From Octopus sinensis (taxonomy: Eukaryota), in assembly GCF_006345805.1 (NCBI RefSeq), contig NC_043024.1:19158001-19222000 (forward strand): a DNA stretch of 64,000 nt, read 5' to 3'. How positions within the stretch are numbered: the first letter of the stretch is position 1; every line of letters begins with the position of its first letter. The notes below the pieces were generated by a model, which searched no databases, was not told the DNA's origin, and was given only the letters and a program-made list of their open reading frames with translations. Made by a program: the position numbers and the translations under genes. Below are positions 63,524 to 64,000 of the stretch, in pieces.

Positions 63524-64000
63524 GCATATATACGACGGGCTTCTTTCAGTTTCCGTCTACCAAATCCACTCACAAGTCTTTGGTCGGCCCGAGACTATAG
63601 TAGAAGACACTTGCCCAAGGTGCCACACGGTGGGACTGAACCCGGAACCATGTGGGTGGTAAGCAAGGTACTTTTATTCATTAAATTTGCCATGAAGGCA
63701 GTACATAGATGTAGCTCTGTGGGCTGGACGTAGACATTGATGGAACGAAGGTGGTGATGGGACGAAGACAAAAGCGCCAGCCAACTTCCACTTCTCTAAG
63801 ACAATGTTCTTTTTTCAAAAAACTCAAAAAGACACAAAATTTCACAAAAGTCACAATGAGGCAATGAACCTCTTTCTCAATATGATACAATTTTTCTTTT
63901 TTAAAAACATTCAAAAAGTTCAAGTCACCCGGCCGGCCAGGCGCTCTTGCTTCATTGAAGCACTCACTCGTTTCCTGGCCAGACCACTTACCACACAGCC
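63283..64000 (-). mobile_element. SINE family 1 whose head is split by an about 310-bp insert (63675-63984)
   Basis: GGTAAGCAAGGTACTT ... ACTTACCACACAGCC. Confidence 0.85.

Noticed and set aside
1158-63674. tRNA genes
   Set aside because: A- and B-box-like heads belong to SINEs; no complete cloverleaf was seen
63930-63985. Hairpin with GAAAC as a type II hammerhead
   Set aside because: No CUGANGA-like core and no valid cleavage triplet
1-64000. CRISPR array, operons or other prokaryotic systems
   Set aside because: The sequence is eukaryotic; repeats are dispersed retroposons or satellites with no unique spacers of constant length

Overview
Eukaryotic, AT-rich, repeat-saturated DNA. The repeat repertoire points to a coleoid cephalopod, most likely Octopus (inference; no database check). 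There is no intact long gene, rRNA, true tRNA gene or CRISPR array, and almost every ORF in the supplied track is a microsatellite or repeat artefact. Recognisable content: a 5'-truncated, frameshifted RTE-clade LINE (3948-7680) plus about a dozen of its 3' tails; at least four tRNA-derived SINE families (over 35 copies); a complete but dead mariner with both TIRs (42051-44246) and two mariner fragments; Dong/R4-type LINE pieces in (TAA)n tracts; a CR1-like RT fragment; tandem non-autonomous Helitrons; a probable solo LTR; long (GAT)n, (CAC)n, (TA)n and (TATC)n arrays; and a few candidate exons of unidentified genes. The most interesting signal is several distinct hammerhead-ribozyme (HHR) motif families. 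Two of them sit as outward-pointing pairs inside foldback palindromes at (TA)n tracts, and others show stem covariation. This is consistent with Penelope-like-element-derived, retrozyme-like non-autonomous elements. Other notable observations: SINEs flanked by 95- and 146-bp direct repeats, SINE trimers inside one TSD, a PHD-like finger inside the RTE reverse transcriptase, and a near-identical 1.5-kb tandem triplication. Ribozyme calls were folded by eye and no activity is demonstrated.
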